A stretch of 62,317 bases of DNA, filler included, from a bacterium (lineage in GTDB: Bacteria > UBP15 > UBA6099 > JAJRTR01), in assembly GCA_024278215.1 (NCBI GenBank). It is 3 parts of 3 records of this genome, joined end to end, with 100 filler letters (N's around TTAATTAATTAA, not from the genome) between each part and the next. Parts side by side here need not be neighbours in the genome. Positions count along the whole stretch, not along the records: positions 1 to 25,582 come from JAJRTR010000011.1; positions 25,683 to 56,763 come from JAJRTR010000012.1; 1 more part is not named here. One strand, given 5' to 3'. The notes under the pieces are model-generated. The model had not been told where the DNA came from. It searched no databases and saw only the letters and a program-made list of their open reading frames with translations. Shown in pieces: positions 20,808 through 29,088 of the stretch; the first letter of the stretch is position 1, and every line of letters begins with the position of its first letter. Position numbers and translations under genes: made by a program.

Positions 20808-21649
20808 TGCGCAGGCACTTGCGCCGCGCCTGCTATCACTTCACAAAGGTTAAACTCCTGAGACTGCTTTGCGCCTTCAACAGTAACATATCCTTTCATC
20901 AATTCGAAAGGAGAGTAGTGGCGGCGGATCATTTTGTCCGAGTTGACGAGCAGGCTCCTGCAGATCGTATCGATTTTTCTTGTTTCGGTGACAATGCAGA
21001 AACAGGAGCCGCCGATGCGGGCCGCGAGGTCGTCCTGCTCACCGTTGATGCGCAGATTTTCTCTGATGATGCCTGCGAGGTCGCGCAGGACCCGGTCGCC
21101 ATAATCGTAACCCTTGATGTAATTAAAAGGTTTCATATTGAGTATTTTCACGATAACAAAGTGCCAGCTTTTCGGACAGTTTTTGCATTTGTCTTCGAGA
21201 ATGGCCGAGAGCGCCGCGCCTGTGAGCAGACCGGTCACCGGGTCTGTTTTCTCGAAAGTTTTTTTCCTGACAAGATTATCCACATAATCCGCCAGTTCCC
21301 CGGCATGTCTGTAATCCGAAATTACAGCTTCTGCACCCTCGAGCAGATACGTTATCTGGCCGCATGTTTCATTCTGCGAAAAAACGACAACAGGGATCAT
21401 AGATGAAACAATATCCGTTTTCAGTTCATTCAAGAAATCTATGATTAATGAAGCCACGGACGGCGTGTAGGCGAAGAGGATCACATCATAAGTATTGTAG
21501 AATGTCACGGGGATCCGACCGTCGACCACCGGCACAACCGAGACATCCATCTCTTTTGCCTCGAAAGGCACGGCAAATTGCTCGACGCCGCCAACATCTT
21601 CACGGATGAGCAAAACACGAATCTTCGATGTGTTATTCTGCTGTTTCAT
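20711..21649 (-). CDS. Receiver-like plus degenerate GGDEF-domain protein
   Basis: DPVTGL, MKPFNYIKGYDYGDRVL, ARIGGSCF in place of GGDEF. Confidence 0.75.
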   Translation of the reverse strand: MKQQNNTSKIRVLLIREDVGGVEQFAVPFEAKEMDVSVVPVVDGRIPVTFYNTYDVILFAYTPSVASLIIDFLNELKTDIVSSMIPVVVFSQNETCGQITYLLEGAEAVISDYRHAGELADYVDNLVRKKTFEKTDPVTGLLTGAALSAILEDKCKNCPKSWHFVIVKILNMKPFNYIKGYDYGDRVLRDLAGIIRENLRINGEQDDLAARIGGSCFCIVTETRKIDTICRSLLVNSDKMIRRHYSPFELMKGYVTVEGAKQSQEFNLCEVIAGAAQVPAQWNDNHAMLLDIASDLIKEVEKQEAGYHVISL

Positions 21650-22217
21650 TCGTTCCCGCTGTCAGATGATCTTTTATCTTCTGGAATTTCCATTCGCCGA
21701 TTCCCTGGACAAGTTTTATTTCCTCGATGTTATTGTATGGGCCGCGCGTCTGCCGCAGTTCGACAATTCTTGCGGCAAGAGTGGGGCCGATGCCGGGGAT
21801 CAGTTCGATATCTATCGCGGAAGCGGAATTGATGTCCAGTGTCCAGCCTTCGGGCAATGAAGCCGGCCCCTTCGCCGCGGCACCTGTGCCCGCCGGTGGT
21901 ATCAGGACTTCCTGCCCGTCTTCAACACGCGCGGCGAGATTGATCTCGCTCCTTTTTGCATTTTTTGTAAATCCGCCCGCGATAGTCACCGCGTCGGAAA
22001 CGCGAGCGCCTTTTTTCAGCGTATACAGGCCCGGCCTGGCTACCGCTCCCTTGACATGTACCTTCACAATCGGGTCGGGCTCCCGGCTGATCGTTATATC
22101 TCTGTCGAGCATTTTATTGTCAACCCGCGAGAAATAGAGCCTGACACCGGCTCCGCCCATTATTATCATGAAAATAGATATAACGGCGAACTTCTGAAAT
22201 GTTGTGAGACTTCTCAT
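21633..22217 (-). CDS. comEA: Competence protein ComEA (SLBB plus helix-hairpin-helix DNA receptor)
   Basis: N-terminal TM helix; VHVKGAVARPGLY; INLAARVEDGQEV; LDINSAS...IPGIGPTLAARIVELR...VQGIG. Confidence 0.92.
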   Translation of the reverse strand: MRSLTTFQKFAVISIFMIIMGGAGVRLYFSRVDNKMLDRDITISREPDPIVKVHVKGAVARPGLYTLKKGARVSDAVTIAGGFTKNAKRSEINLAARVEDGQEVLIPPAGTGAAAKGPASLPEGWTLDINSASAIDIELIPGIGPTLAARIVELRQTRGPYNNIEEIKLVQGIGEWKFQKIKDHLTAGTNETAE

Positions 22218-22269
22218 TTTTCAGGCGTGTTTCACTGCATCCGCCGGTTTCAGAATATACCGACGGATG

Positions 22270-23634
22270 TTATAAAATCTGTTCTCTCCACCGGCTTCTG
22301 AATTCCTTGCCGTTAAGCTTTCCTCTTTTATAATCGACAAAATCTTTATATTCGATATCCCATATCGCTTTTATCTCGCCATCCATATCTTTCAGGTGGA
22401 TAACAATGTATTTCAACGGCAGCGCCGGATTCTGCTGTTTGCTCTCATAAATTGTGTCCAGAAGGTTTTTCATTTCAACCATAAGTTCCTTATTGCCAAT
22501 ATTCGAAGACTCGAATGTGATATGAAGAACTGAGCCGTCTTCTGTGAAATTCATCTCCAGAAGGCTGACATCATAGACTTTGATAACGTCCCGGATAATT
22601 TTCTCGGCGTTTTCGATTGTCGTTTTGATGCTATTGTCGTGCGCTGGTGCGGATTTCCCTGGCGACGACTGTGCGGCAGGTGTTTTGCCTTTGCTGAAAA
22701 GACCGGTGACTTTTGATTTTACCCTGTCGATAAACCCTTCAGGCTTTTTCTGTAGTGGAGCCTGAGCCGTTGGTTGTGCAACCTTTTTCATCAGGTCTTC
22801 AGAAAGATGCTGAGTAGGCCGCTTCGCGGCGTTTATGCCGGGTTTCGCTGCTGCGTTTATCGGCGGCCCGACGCTTTTTTCAACTGCCCTCGCTCTCGCG
22901 TCCTCCGACGCGCTCGCCGCCGCTGCCGCGCCTGCAACCATTCCCACAACTCCACCACCCGCCGCTACGGTCGCCATGGCCGCCGGTGCGCCTGTCGCCA
23001 TTGTCTCCTTCTCGACATATTGCCCGGCTTCTTCTTTCATCTTCGGCACATCGGGCGAGTCAACTATAGGTTTCCCCGCATAAGCCAATCCCATCCACGG
23101 CGATTTCCGGAAGTTATCACCTTCCTTTTTCTTGTAGAAGTCAAAAATCTTTCTGAATTTTTTTATCTGGTTCTTATCGACATTGCACTTGCCGCCCCAC
23201 AACGCCGCCAGGAACAGCGCCTGCTCGAGGTCCACCAGCGATTTGTTGCCTTTGTAATTCTCGACGGATTGCCTGAGCATATAATTATACATATTGAGCC
23301 TGTGGTTGCAGGCAATGACAATGTCCCTGTCCTGAAGATAGTCCAGTATCAGATGCGACTTCAGGGGATACCGGCTCGCTATGCCGAGAAGCGCGTCATC
23401 CATGTTGTCGCCGAGATTATCGGGCAGCCTGCTGATGTCGCCGACATGATTTATCGCATGTGTGATGTTCGCCAGTCCCTGTGTTATCTCGCCTGTATTG
23501 AGCTGACTGTAGCCCTTCTGGATATATTCGGTAGCGACCTGCCTGTTCTTGTACTGAGGCCACACGACATACGCGGCACCCGTAATCGCAAGCAGGGTCG
23601 ACAGTATTACAATCAACGTTATTTTTACTTTCAA
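22270..23634 (-). CDS. Hypothetical membrane-anchored protein
   Basis: 454-aa ORF with an N-terminal TM helix and an Ala-rich central linker; co-oriented with comEA. Confidence 0.7.
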   Translation of the reverse strand: MKVKITLIVILSTLLAITGAAYVVWPQYKNRQVATEYIQKGYSQLNTGEITQGLANITHAINHVGDISRLPDNLGDNMDDALLGIASRYPLKSHLILDYLQDRDIVIACNHRLNMYNYMLRQSVENYKGNKSLVDLEQALFLAALWGGKCNVDKNQIKKFRKIFDFYKKKEGDNFRKSPWMGLAYAGKPIVDSPDVPKMKEEAGQYVEKETMATGAPAAMATVAAGGGVVGMVAGAAAAASASEDARARAVEKSVGPPINAAAKPGINAAKRPTQHLSEDLMKKVAQPTAQAPLQKKPEGFIDRVKSKVTGLFSKGKTPAAQSSPGKSAPAHDNSIKTTIENAEKIIRDVIKVYDVSLLEMNFTEDGSVLHITFESSNIGNKELMVEMKNLLDTIYESKQQNPALPLKYIVIHLKDMDGEIKAIWDIEYKDFVDYKRGKLNGKEFRSRWREQIL

Positions 23635-23975
23635 GACAGCACCTCTTCAGTGTCCGGTTTTACTTCATCATATCACGACGTTGCGAAAACTCATATTACC
23701 ATTCCGCCATAGCGCACACATATAAAGCTTTGCGTCTTTTATGGGTGTTTATTGTCCAGTATGCGCTGGATAAAATTATATGTTAAAGAACTAACTCACG
23801 CAATAATCATTATATATTTGAGCCGATTGCAGAATTCCTGTTCTGTCGCAGCCGGTGTAAAAATGCTATGTGATTTGTTAAAATGGAATAACAAACACTA
23901 ACATATTTACAGTCATGTAATTTTTTCACTTGAAGTAATAATGGTGGTATATACTTTTGTGGTGGTGAGCGGGAA

Positions 23976-25067
23976 ATGTTCTGCCCGAAATGCGGAAAGG
24001 AAATAGCCGGCGGCGGAAAATTCTGCACGGGATGCGGTTTCAGTGTCGGCGGGCCGGCCGCGCAGGCGGGGCGGCAGGCTGCCGGTAAACCGCCGCAACA
24101 ACAGTTGCCGCTCGACGCGATTCAACAAAGCAACCGGTCCGCACAGCATGTCAGGCAGGGACCAACCCGGCAAGAGCAGCCATCATCCCTGAAACACCAG
24201 AGCCGTCCACACCCGCCGCAGCAATTGCAACAGCGGCGGCCTACGCAGGCGACCTCTAAAACACCGGTGAGAGAAGTTGTGCCGGACTCGCGGCCTGCGG
24301 CTCGGACATCACAGACGTCAGGACTCGATTTCCGGATTCCGCCTCCGCCGGGTCAACCCGGGCAGGAGAATCATCAGAACACGCAAACGCACCCTGACGG
24401 GCTGCCGCCCGGTGAGTTCACACCTTACTCGAGGACGCAGAATCAGTCATCTTTCACAATATCTTATGAACCGAAAAGCCTCGCGATATTCGGGGTTGCA
24501 ATGCTCATGCTGATGATCGTCGGCATTCCGGCGGTTCAATACATTGCGAGCGGCACGAGCGGATTTCCGATCCAGGGACACATCGAAAGCAGGAAAAATA
24601 ATTTTTCATTATATATTCCCGAAGGCTGGAGCAGTGTGAAGGACCCGAGGCGGAAGACAGGCCACAGGGACGCCGCGGCATATTATTTCAAGGGCCGCTC
24701 CAGGAACCCGGACATTGTTTCGATCATTTATTCCATGCCCAATAATTCAAGTTTTCCCAAGTTCCTTTCGCAGCAGGATTTGCAGGCGCTCGAGCCGTTT
24801 CTTCTCCAGATGAATAAACAATACATGCAGGCGCTCGGCATGAGTTATGAACTGCTCGAGTTGAAAACATATATGATTGACGGAGATCATGCCGTGTGGA
24901 TGGATGGCAACGCGATGAAAAGAGGCAAGGCGAATAAGAGGGATTTCACATTTCTTGCATTCCGCAGTTCACGGCTGTACATCGTGAAGTTTATGTTCGA
25001 TGAAATAAGGGTCGAGGAGTTCTGGCCTGAGATCAAAGGCATTCTCGACAGCATGGTATTTCTGTGA
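23976..25067 (+). CDS. Zinc-ribbon-domain membrane protein
   Basis: N-terminal CPKC...CTGC, Pro/Gln-rich linker, one TM helix, C-terminal globular domain. Confidence 0.75.
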   Translation: MFCPKCGKEIAGGGKFCTGCGFSVGGPAAQAGRQAAGKPPQQQLPLDAIQQSNRSAQHVRQGPTRQEQPSSLKHQSRPHPPQQLQQRRPTQATSKTPVREVVPDSRPAARTSQTSGLDFRIPPPPGQPGQENHQNTQTHPDGLPPGEFTPYSRTQNQSSFTISYEPKSLAIFGVAMLMLMIVGIPAVQYIASGTSGFPIQGHIESRKNNFSLYIPEGWSSVKDPRRKTGHRDAAAYYFKGRSRNPDIVSIIYSMPNNSSFPKFLSQQDLQALEPFLLQMNKQYMQALGMSYELLELKTYMIDGDHAVWMDGNAMKRGKANKRDFTFLAFRSSRLYIVKFMFDEIRVEEFWPEIKGILDSMVFL

Positions 25068-25110
25068 GATCGAGCCGGAAAAGTTAATTCGAATATTGAA
25101 CCGAAGCCGG

Positions 25111-25582
25111 TTAACCCCACACACCGAACCTGTCGGACCACCATTTGGAGCGTCGGGTGGCGGGGCCCTGTTCAGCCGCGCCGAGGTTGGCGTCGCGTCC
25201 GGTTTCCGTAAGCAGCCTGTATTTTTCGGGATTGTTTTCTTTCAGGTTACTGAAAAGCTCATCGAATATTTTTTCGAGTTCTTTTTGCCCGAGATACAAA
25301 GCGATATCGAACGCGCGAGGATACTCTTCTTTTGAAGCGCCCGGAGCGGTCGGATCGTCGAGGTTGCGTTCCTCGTGTGAATCGGGGCCTTCGTCGGGCA
25401 GTGACTGGAAAGTGTAAAGTTTCGGCAGATAATCTTTTCTGAACGAATCGAACTGTTCCGATTCGAGGAGTTGAGAAAAAAGCGGGCAGCGACTTACGAG
25501 GAAATCGTCGAGTTCAAGTCCTGATTCTTTCTGAATATCGGCGGCGGCGGCATCATTCCGGAAATAGTCGTAGATCAATTCG
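25111..25582 (-). CDS. Hypothetical protein, 3' fragment cut by the contig end
   Basis: Frame is open from the gap to the stop at 25111; protein-like composition. Confidence 0.5.
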
Positions 25583-25682
25583 NNNNNNNNNNNNNNNNNN
25601 NNNNNNNNNNNNNNNNNNNNNNNNNNTTAATTAATTAANNNNNNNNNNNNNNNNNNNNNNNNNNNNNNNNNNNNNNNNNNNN
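25583..25682. other. Artificial contig linker / assembly gap
   Basis: N-run, TTAATTAATTAA (stops in all six frames), N-run. Confidence 0.98.
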
Positions 25683-25684
25683 GC

Positions 25685-26470
25685 ACAAGCACTACTACGG
25701 ATTGCAGCGGTACGACCACAGGCGTTAATCTGATCGTCTCCAACGGCACCAACCCTTCTTTCAATCCCGACAATACCGCCATTGCTTTCGAGCGCGGCGG
25801 AAACATCATTATCGCCGACACCGCGACCGGCGCGGAAACCAACTACGGCATCAGCGGTTCAAACCCGGACTGGTCGCCCTCGGGCAATATGATCGCATAC
25901 ACCAGAGGAGGCACAATTTACGCCTACGACATCGCCTCATCCACGGAGTTCAACCTGCAAATAGCAGGCGACAACGCTGCATGGTCGCCCGACGAAAACA
26001 AAATCGCTTACGAGTCCGGCGGCGATATCTGGGTCGTCAGCCTGACTATCGACAAAACACCGGAAACATTCAGTGTCTCCACTTCCTCGGACTCATCACT
26101 CGACATCTCATACGACCTGCCCGACGTCAGGTCTTATGCCCTCGGCCTCAACACGGTGAACCTGCTCAACGTGGCTTCCGCGCAGTCTTCAGCCACATCC
26201 GCGCTCAGTGCTCTCGAAACCCTCGAAAGCTACAGGTCCGACACACATGCCGCTATGAGAAGAATCCAGAGCATCAGCAGCGACCTCGCGTCAATGGAAT
26301 ATTCTTCAGAACAATCGAGCGGCAATCTCGCGGACGCCGACATGCCCGCGGAAATAACGAGCCTTGTTTCAAATCTGCTCGTTCAGCAGGGAGGCTATGG
26401 GGTACTCAGCGACTGGGTTTCCTACGACCGCATCAGAACCCTTATCAACAGCACTTACAGCAATAATTAG
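25685..26470 (+). CDS. Flagellin-like protein, 5'-truncated, with PD40/TolB-type beta-propeller repeats before a divergent flagellin C-terminal domain
   Basis: Frame is open from the gap; repeats NPSFNPDNTAIAF, NPDWSPSGNMIAY, NAAWSPDENKIAY; then ALGL...SAQSSA...ALETLESYRS...RIQ...LADADMPAEITSL...QQ. Confidence 0.7.
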   Translation, partial: TSTTTDCSGTTTGVNLIVSNGTNPSFNPDNTAIAFERGGNIIIADTATGAETNYGISGSNPDWSPSGNMIAYTRGGTIYAYDIASSTEFNLQIAGDNAAWSPDENKIAYESGGDIWVVSLTIDKTPETFSVSTSSDSSLDISYDLPDVRSYALGLNTVNLLNVASAQSSATSALSALETLESYRSDTHAAMRRIQSISSDLASMEYSSEQSSGNLADADMPAEITSLVSNLLVQQGGYGVLSDWVSYDRIRTLINSTYSNN

Positions 26471-26528
26471 CTTTCCGCACACGAGCCGCCGCTACGGAAA
26501 GCGGCGCTATTTCAAATAGTACGAACAG

Positions 26529-26558
26529 GGCCGGCACGGAAGCCGGTCTTTTCGTTTT
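26529..26558 (+). terminator. Probable intrinsic terminator
   Basis: ggccggc-loop-gccggtc hairpin followed by ttttcgtttt, downstream of the flagellin-like gene. Confidence 0.6.
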
Positions 26559-26609
26559 CCCGGTGCCGTTTTTCACTATACTATCACTTGATTTCGAGGT
26601 TAAGAACAT

Positions 26610-27374
26610 ATGATAATCGCAACAGACAACATAAACGCAATGAACCCGCTTGTGTCACACGCTATGGCCTCGCTGGACGCCGCGCCTATCCGGCACCTTG
26701 CCCTGAAACTCGAACGAGCGGGCGCGCAACTGATAGATATCAATCCGGGCCATCTCTCAGCACGTAAACTCGACAGGATGAAATTCCTTGTCGAGACAGT
26801 CCAGGAAGCGTCCGGCCCCGGCTTGATCCTCGACAGCCCGGACCCGAAAGTTATTGCTGCCGGTCTCGAATCATGCGACACCGCTCCTCTCATCAGCGCT
26901 GTCACTCCCGACAAAAAAGTAATGGACGGCATCGTCCCTCTTGCCGTCGAAAAAGACGCGCAACTCGTCGTTCTTGTGCTGAATGATGTGTCGATGCCGC
27001 CCGCAAGCATCGACGAAAAGATAAGCATCGCGCTTGAAGTTGCCGAGTATACCGCCGGGCTGGGGCTGCCCCGTGAGAACCTGGTTTTCGACCCGGTGCT
27101 GCCGAATCTAAGCTGGCCCGACTTTTTTCCGCTGCTCGGTGAATCAATAAAAATGGTCCGTATGCTCTCGATCGGAGAAATATTCGGAGAGCCCCGCAAA
27201 ACGATCGCCGGACTCTCGAATCTTCTCAGCGCGCAGCGAAATATGCCGCACCCGCCCGGCATCGAAGAAACAACACTCGCCGCTCTCGCGGGTGCCGGAC
27301 TGAGCATCGTCCTTTGCAACATACTCAGGGAAAGAACCGCTTCTGCCGCGACGCTGCTGGCCCGACTTTTGTAA
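26610..27374 (+). CDS. Pterin-binding protein, methyltetrahydrofolate:corrinoid methyltransferase (AcsE/MetH folate domain)-like
   Basis: GAQLIDINPG, LILDS, LVFDPV and IAGLSNL motifs; 254 aa. Confidence 0.8.
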   Translation: MIIATDNINAMNPLVSHAMASLDAAPIRHLALKLERAGAQLIDINPGHLSARKLDRMKFLVETVQEASGPGLILDSPDPKVIAAGLESCDTAPLISAVTPDKKVMDGIVPLAVEKDAQLVVLVLNDVSMPPASIDEKISIALEVAEYTAGLGLPRENLVFDPVLPNLSWPDFFPLLGESIKMVRMLSIGEIFGEPRKTIAGLSNLLSAQRNMPHPPGIEETTLAALAGAGLSIVLCNILRERTASAATLLARLL

Positions 27375-27510
27375 CATACCCCTCCCTGTCGATAAACTCA
27401 TCGAGCAGTACAGGCAATAAGATAAAACAGAACATGACTTCAAACTTCTCATAAATCCCGAACTCATCCGTTTGGGGACCCAATACTGCTTACAGTAGCC
27501 CCGAATCGCT

Positions 27511-27600
27511 TTGGAGTGCTGTGATTCATCACCGCCTTGCTTTTCCCGCCGGGAATTAATCCCCGTCCGCGAAAGCGACAATAAATTGTCGCACTCCGAA
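27511..27600. repeat. Inverted pair of REP-like palindromes
   Basis: ttggagtgctgtgattcatcaccgccttg followed by aaagcgacaataaattgtcgcactccgaa; two related hairpin units in opposite orientation. Confidence 0.55.
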
Positions 27601-27629
27601 TTAAAGTCGTATTTTGTTGAATAAGCAGC

Positions 27630-27913
27630 AGCTCCAATACTGTTTATTTAAGATAGCCGATTACAAAATTATGTTCGTAGCGAGGTCGAGCGAAATTGTT
27701 CAGAGCAAGGCGAAGGTGTAAAATCCTCGCAGGCGTACTTGTAGAGTACGTCGAGGACGATTTCGCGCCGACAACGCTGCTGTGGGCAATAGCAGGCAAC
27801 CGCAGCCGAATCATAATTTTGCAATTGGCTCAAGAGGGTATGGGTATCAATATTCGGGATAAATACAGGCTTTTTTGCATCATTGTTGCTAAAACAGACG
27901 GTATTGGGGTTAA
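27630..27913. repeat. MITE-like element, family B, interrupted by a family A element
   Basis: 27630-27653 joined to 27836-27913 gives the reverse complement of the intact copy at 36140-36244. Confidence 0.8.
27654..27831. repeat. MITE-like palindromic element, family A (about 178 bp; termini GAGCCRATTGCAAAATT)
   Basis: Terminal inverted repeats; flanked by aaga on both sides; second copy at 28884-29062. Confidence 0.85.
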
Positions 27914-27986
27914 TGCCGAGAGACGGATTTGAACCGCCGACGCAGGGATTTTCAGTCCCTCGCTCTACCGACTGAGCTATCTCGGC
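27914..27986 (-). tRNA. tRNA-Phe(GAA)
   Basis: Cloverleaf GCCGAGATAGCTCAG...GGGACT-GAA-AATCCC...GGTTCAAATCC; CCA not encoded. Confidence 0.96.
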
Positions 27987-28043
27987 CTGCTTCTGTGTTA
28001 CATTGGTTGCTGACTTTGTCCAGTGCGTTTATGCGAAAAAAAA

Positions 28044-28238
28044 TTATCTCCGCGTAGTTTTCTTCCGGTTTCTTTTGCGCTGTAGTTCCATCAGCTTTCG
28101 CCTTCGTTTTTCACTTGGTTTTTCGTAGCGCTGCGAACGTTTAAAATCTTCCTGGATTCTCGCGTCTCTGCAAACATTTCTGAACCGCTTCATTGCGCTG
28201 TCGATAGTCTCTCCGTCTCTAACGATGATTCCTGGCAA
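28044..28238 (-). CDS. rpsU: 30S ribosomal protein S21
   Basis: (M)PGIIVRDGETIDSAMKRFR...YEKPSEKRRRK; TTG start with GAGGTG RBS; 64 aa. Confidence 0.9.
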   Translation of the reverse strand: MPGIIVRDGETIDSAMKRFRNVCRDARIQEDFKRSQRYEKPSEKRRRKLMELQRKRNRKKTTRR

Positions 28239-28269
28239 AATAAACACCTCTCTCAAGTCTAAATAAAAG

Positions 28270-28342
28270 CGGAGTTGACGAGATTTGAACTCGCGATCTC
28301 CGGCTTGACAGGCCGGCGTGTTAACCCCTACACCACAACTCC
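28270..28342 (-). tRNA. tRNA-Asp(GTC)
   Basis: GGAGTTGTGGTGTAG...CCGGCCT-GTC-AAGCCGG...AGTTCAAATC. Confidence 0.95.
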
Positions 28343-28368
28343 TTGCTGCTCGGGTCAAGTTGACTCTG

Positions 28369-28440
28369 TGGGCGAGGTGGGTTTTGAACCCACGGCCTCT
28401 TGCGTGTGAAGCAAGCGCTCTCCCGCTGAGCTACCCGCCC
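28369..28440 (-). tRNA. tRNA-Val(CAC)
   Basis: GGGCGGGTAGCTCAG...CTTGCTT-CAC-ACGCAAG...GGTTCAAAACC. Confidence 0.95.
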
Positions 28441-28456
28441 GGGTGTTTCTCACATA

Positions 28457-28529
<73 letters not shown>

Positions 28530-28534
28530 GGTCA

Positions 28535-28607
28535 TGAGCCGTCCGGGGTTCGAACCCGGGACACCCGGATTAAAAGTCCGGTGCTCTGCCAACTGAGCTA
28601 ACGGCTC
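28535..28607 (-). tRNA. tRNA-Lys(TTT)
   Basis: GAGCCGTTAGCTCAG...CCGGACT-TTT-AATCCGG...GGTTCGAACCC. Confidence 0.96.
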
Positions 28608-28805
28608 TACTGCTAATTATTACTTTCCACTTTTTCGCCGTTTTCTTGCTCCGAAGACTGAAATCCCGGCGAGCCTCGTTTTATGCTTCTTCTGTTTAGC
28701 TTCAATATCTCTTGTTCTGCCGCCTCTTGCAGACCCGGCAGATTTACTGTTTTCAATCTTCATTTCAACCCGGTTGTTCATACCCCCGAATTTTGATACC
28801 AAGAA

Positions 28806-28834
28806 AGTTTAAAGATTCTCTGCTTCCTTGTCAA
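28806..28834 (-). promoter_or_regulatory. Sigma70-type promoter for the tRNA/rpsU operon
   Basis: TTGACA-17 nt-TAAACT on the minus strand. Confidence 0.7.
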
Positions 28835-28883
28835 CACTTTCTTTATGGAATATACTCGATTTTATTAAAAATGTTTTTTACAG

Positions 28884-29062
28884 GAACTGATTGCAAAATT
28901 ATGTTCGAAGCGAGGTCGAGCGAAATTATTCATAAGCAAGGCGGAAGTGCAAAATCCCCGCAGGCGTACTCGCCGAGTACGTTGAGGATGATTTTGTGCC
29001 GACAACGCAGCTATGGACAATTGCAGCCGACCACAGCCGAATCAGATTTTTGCAATCGGCTC
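28884..29062. repeat. MITE-like palindromic element, family A, second full copy
   Basis: Colinear with 27654-27831 in the same orientation; ends ...ttttgcaatcggctc. Confidence 0.85.
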
Positions 29063-29088
29063 TAAAGAAAATGAGAGTGGGCGTTAAT

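Noticed and set aside
25583-25682. TTAATTAATTAA palindrome within N-runs (also at 56764-56863)
   Set aside because: Artificial contig linker with stops in all frames; not biological
26522-26537. 16-nt exact match (cgaacagggccggcac) to the rnpB transcript strand at about 40376-40391
   Set aside because: A single short GC-rich match inside a terminator-like hairpin with no extended similarity; probably chance
27380-27913. Integrated element or prophage at tRNA-Phe
   Set aside because: No integrase and no duplicated tRNA 3' end (att site) were seen; only small non-autonomous repeats
27696-27932. Small ORFs in repeat regions (27696-27932, 28712-29065, 41910-42095, 44494-44739)
   Set aside because: They lie within MITE-like repeats; their shared peptide segments simply reflect the DNA repeat
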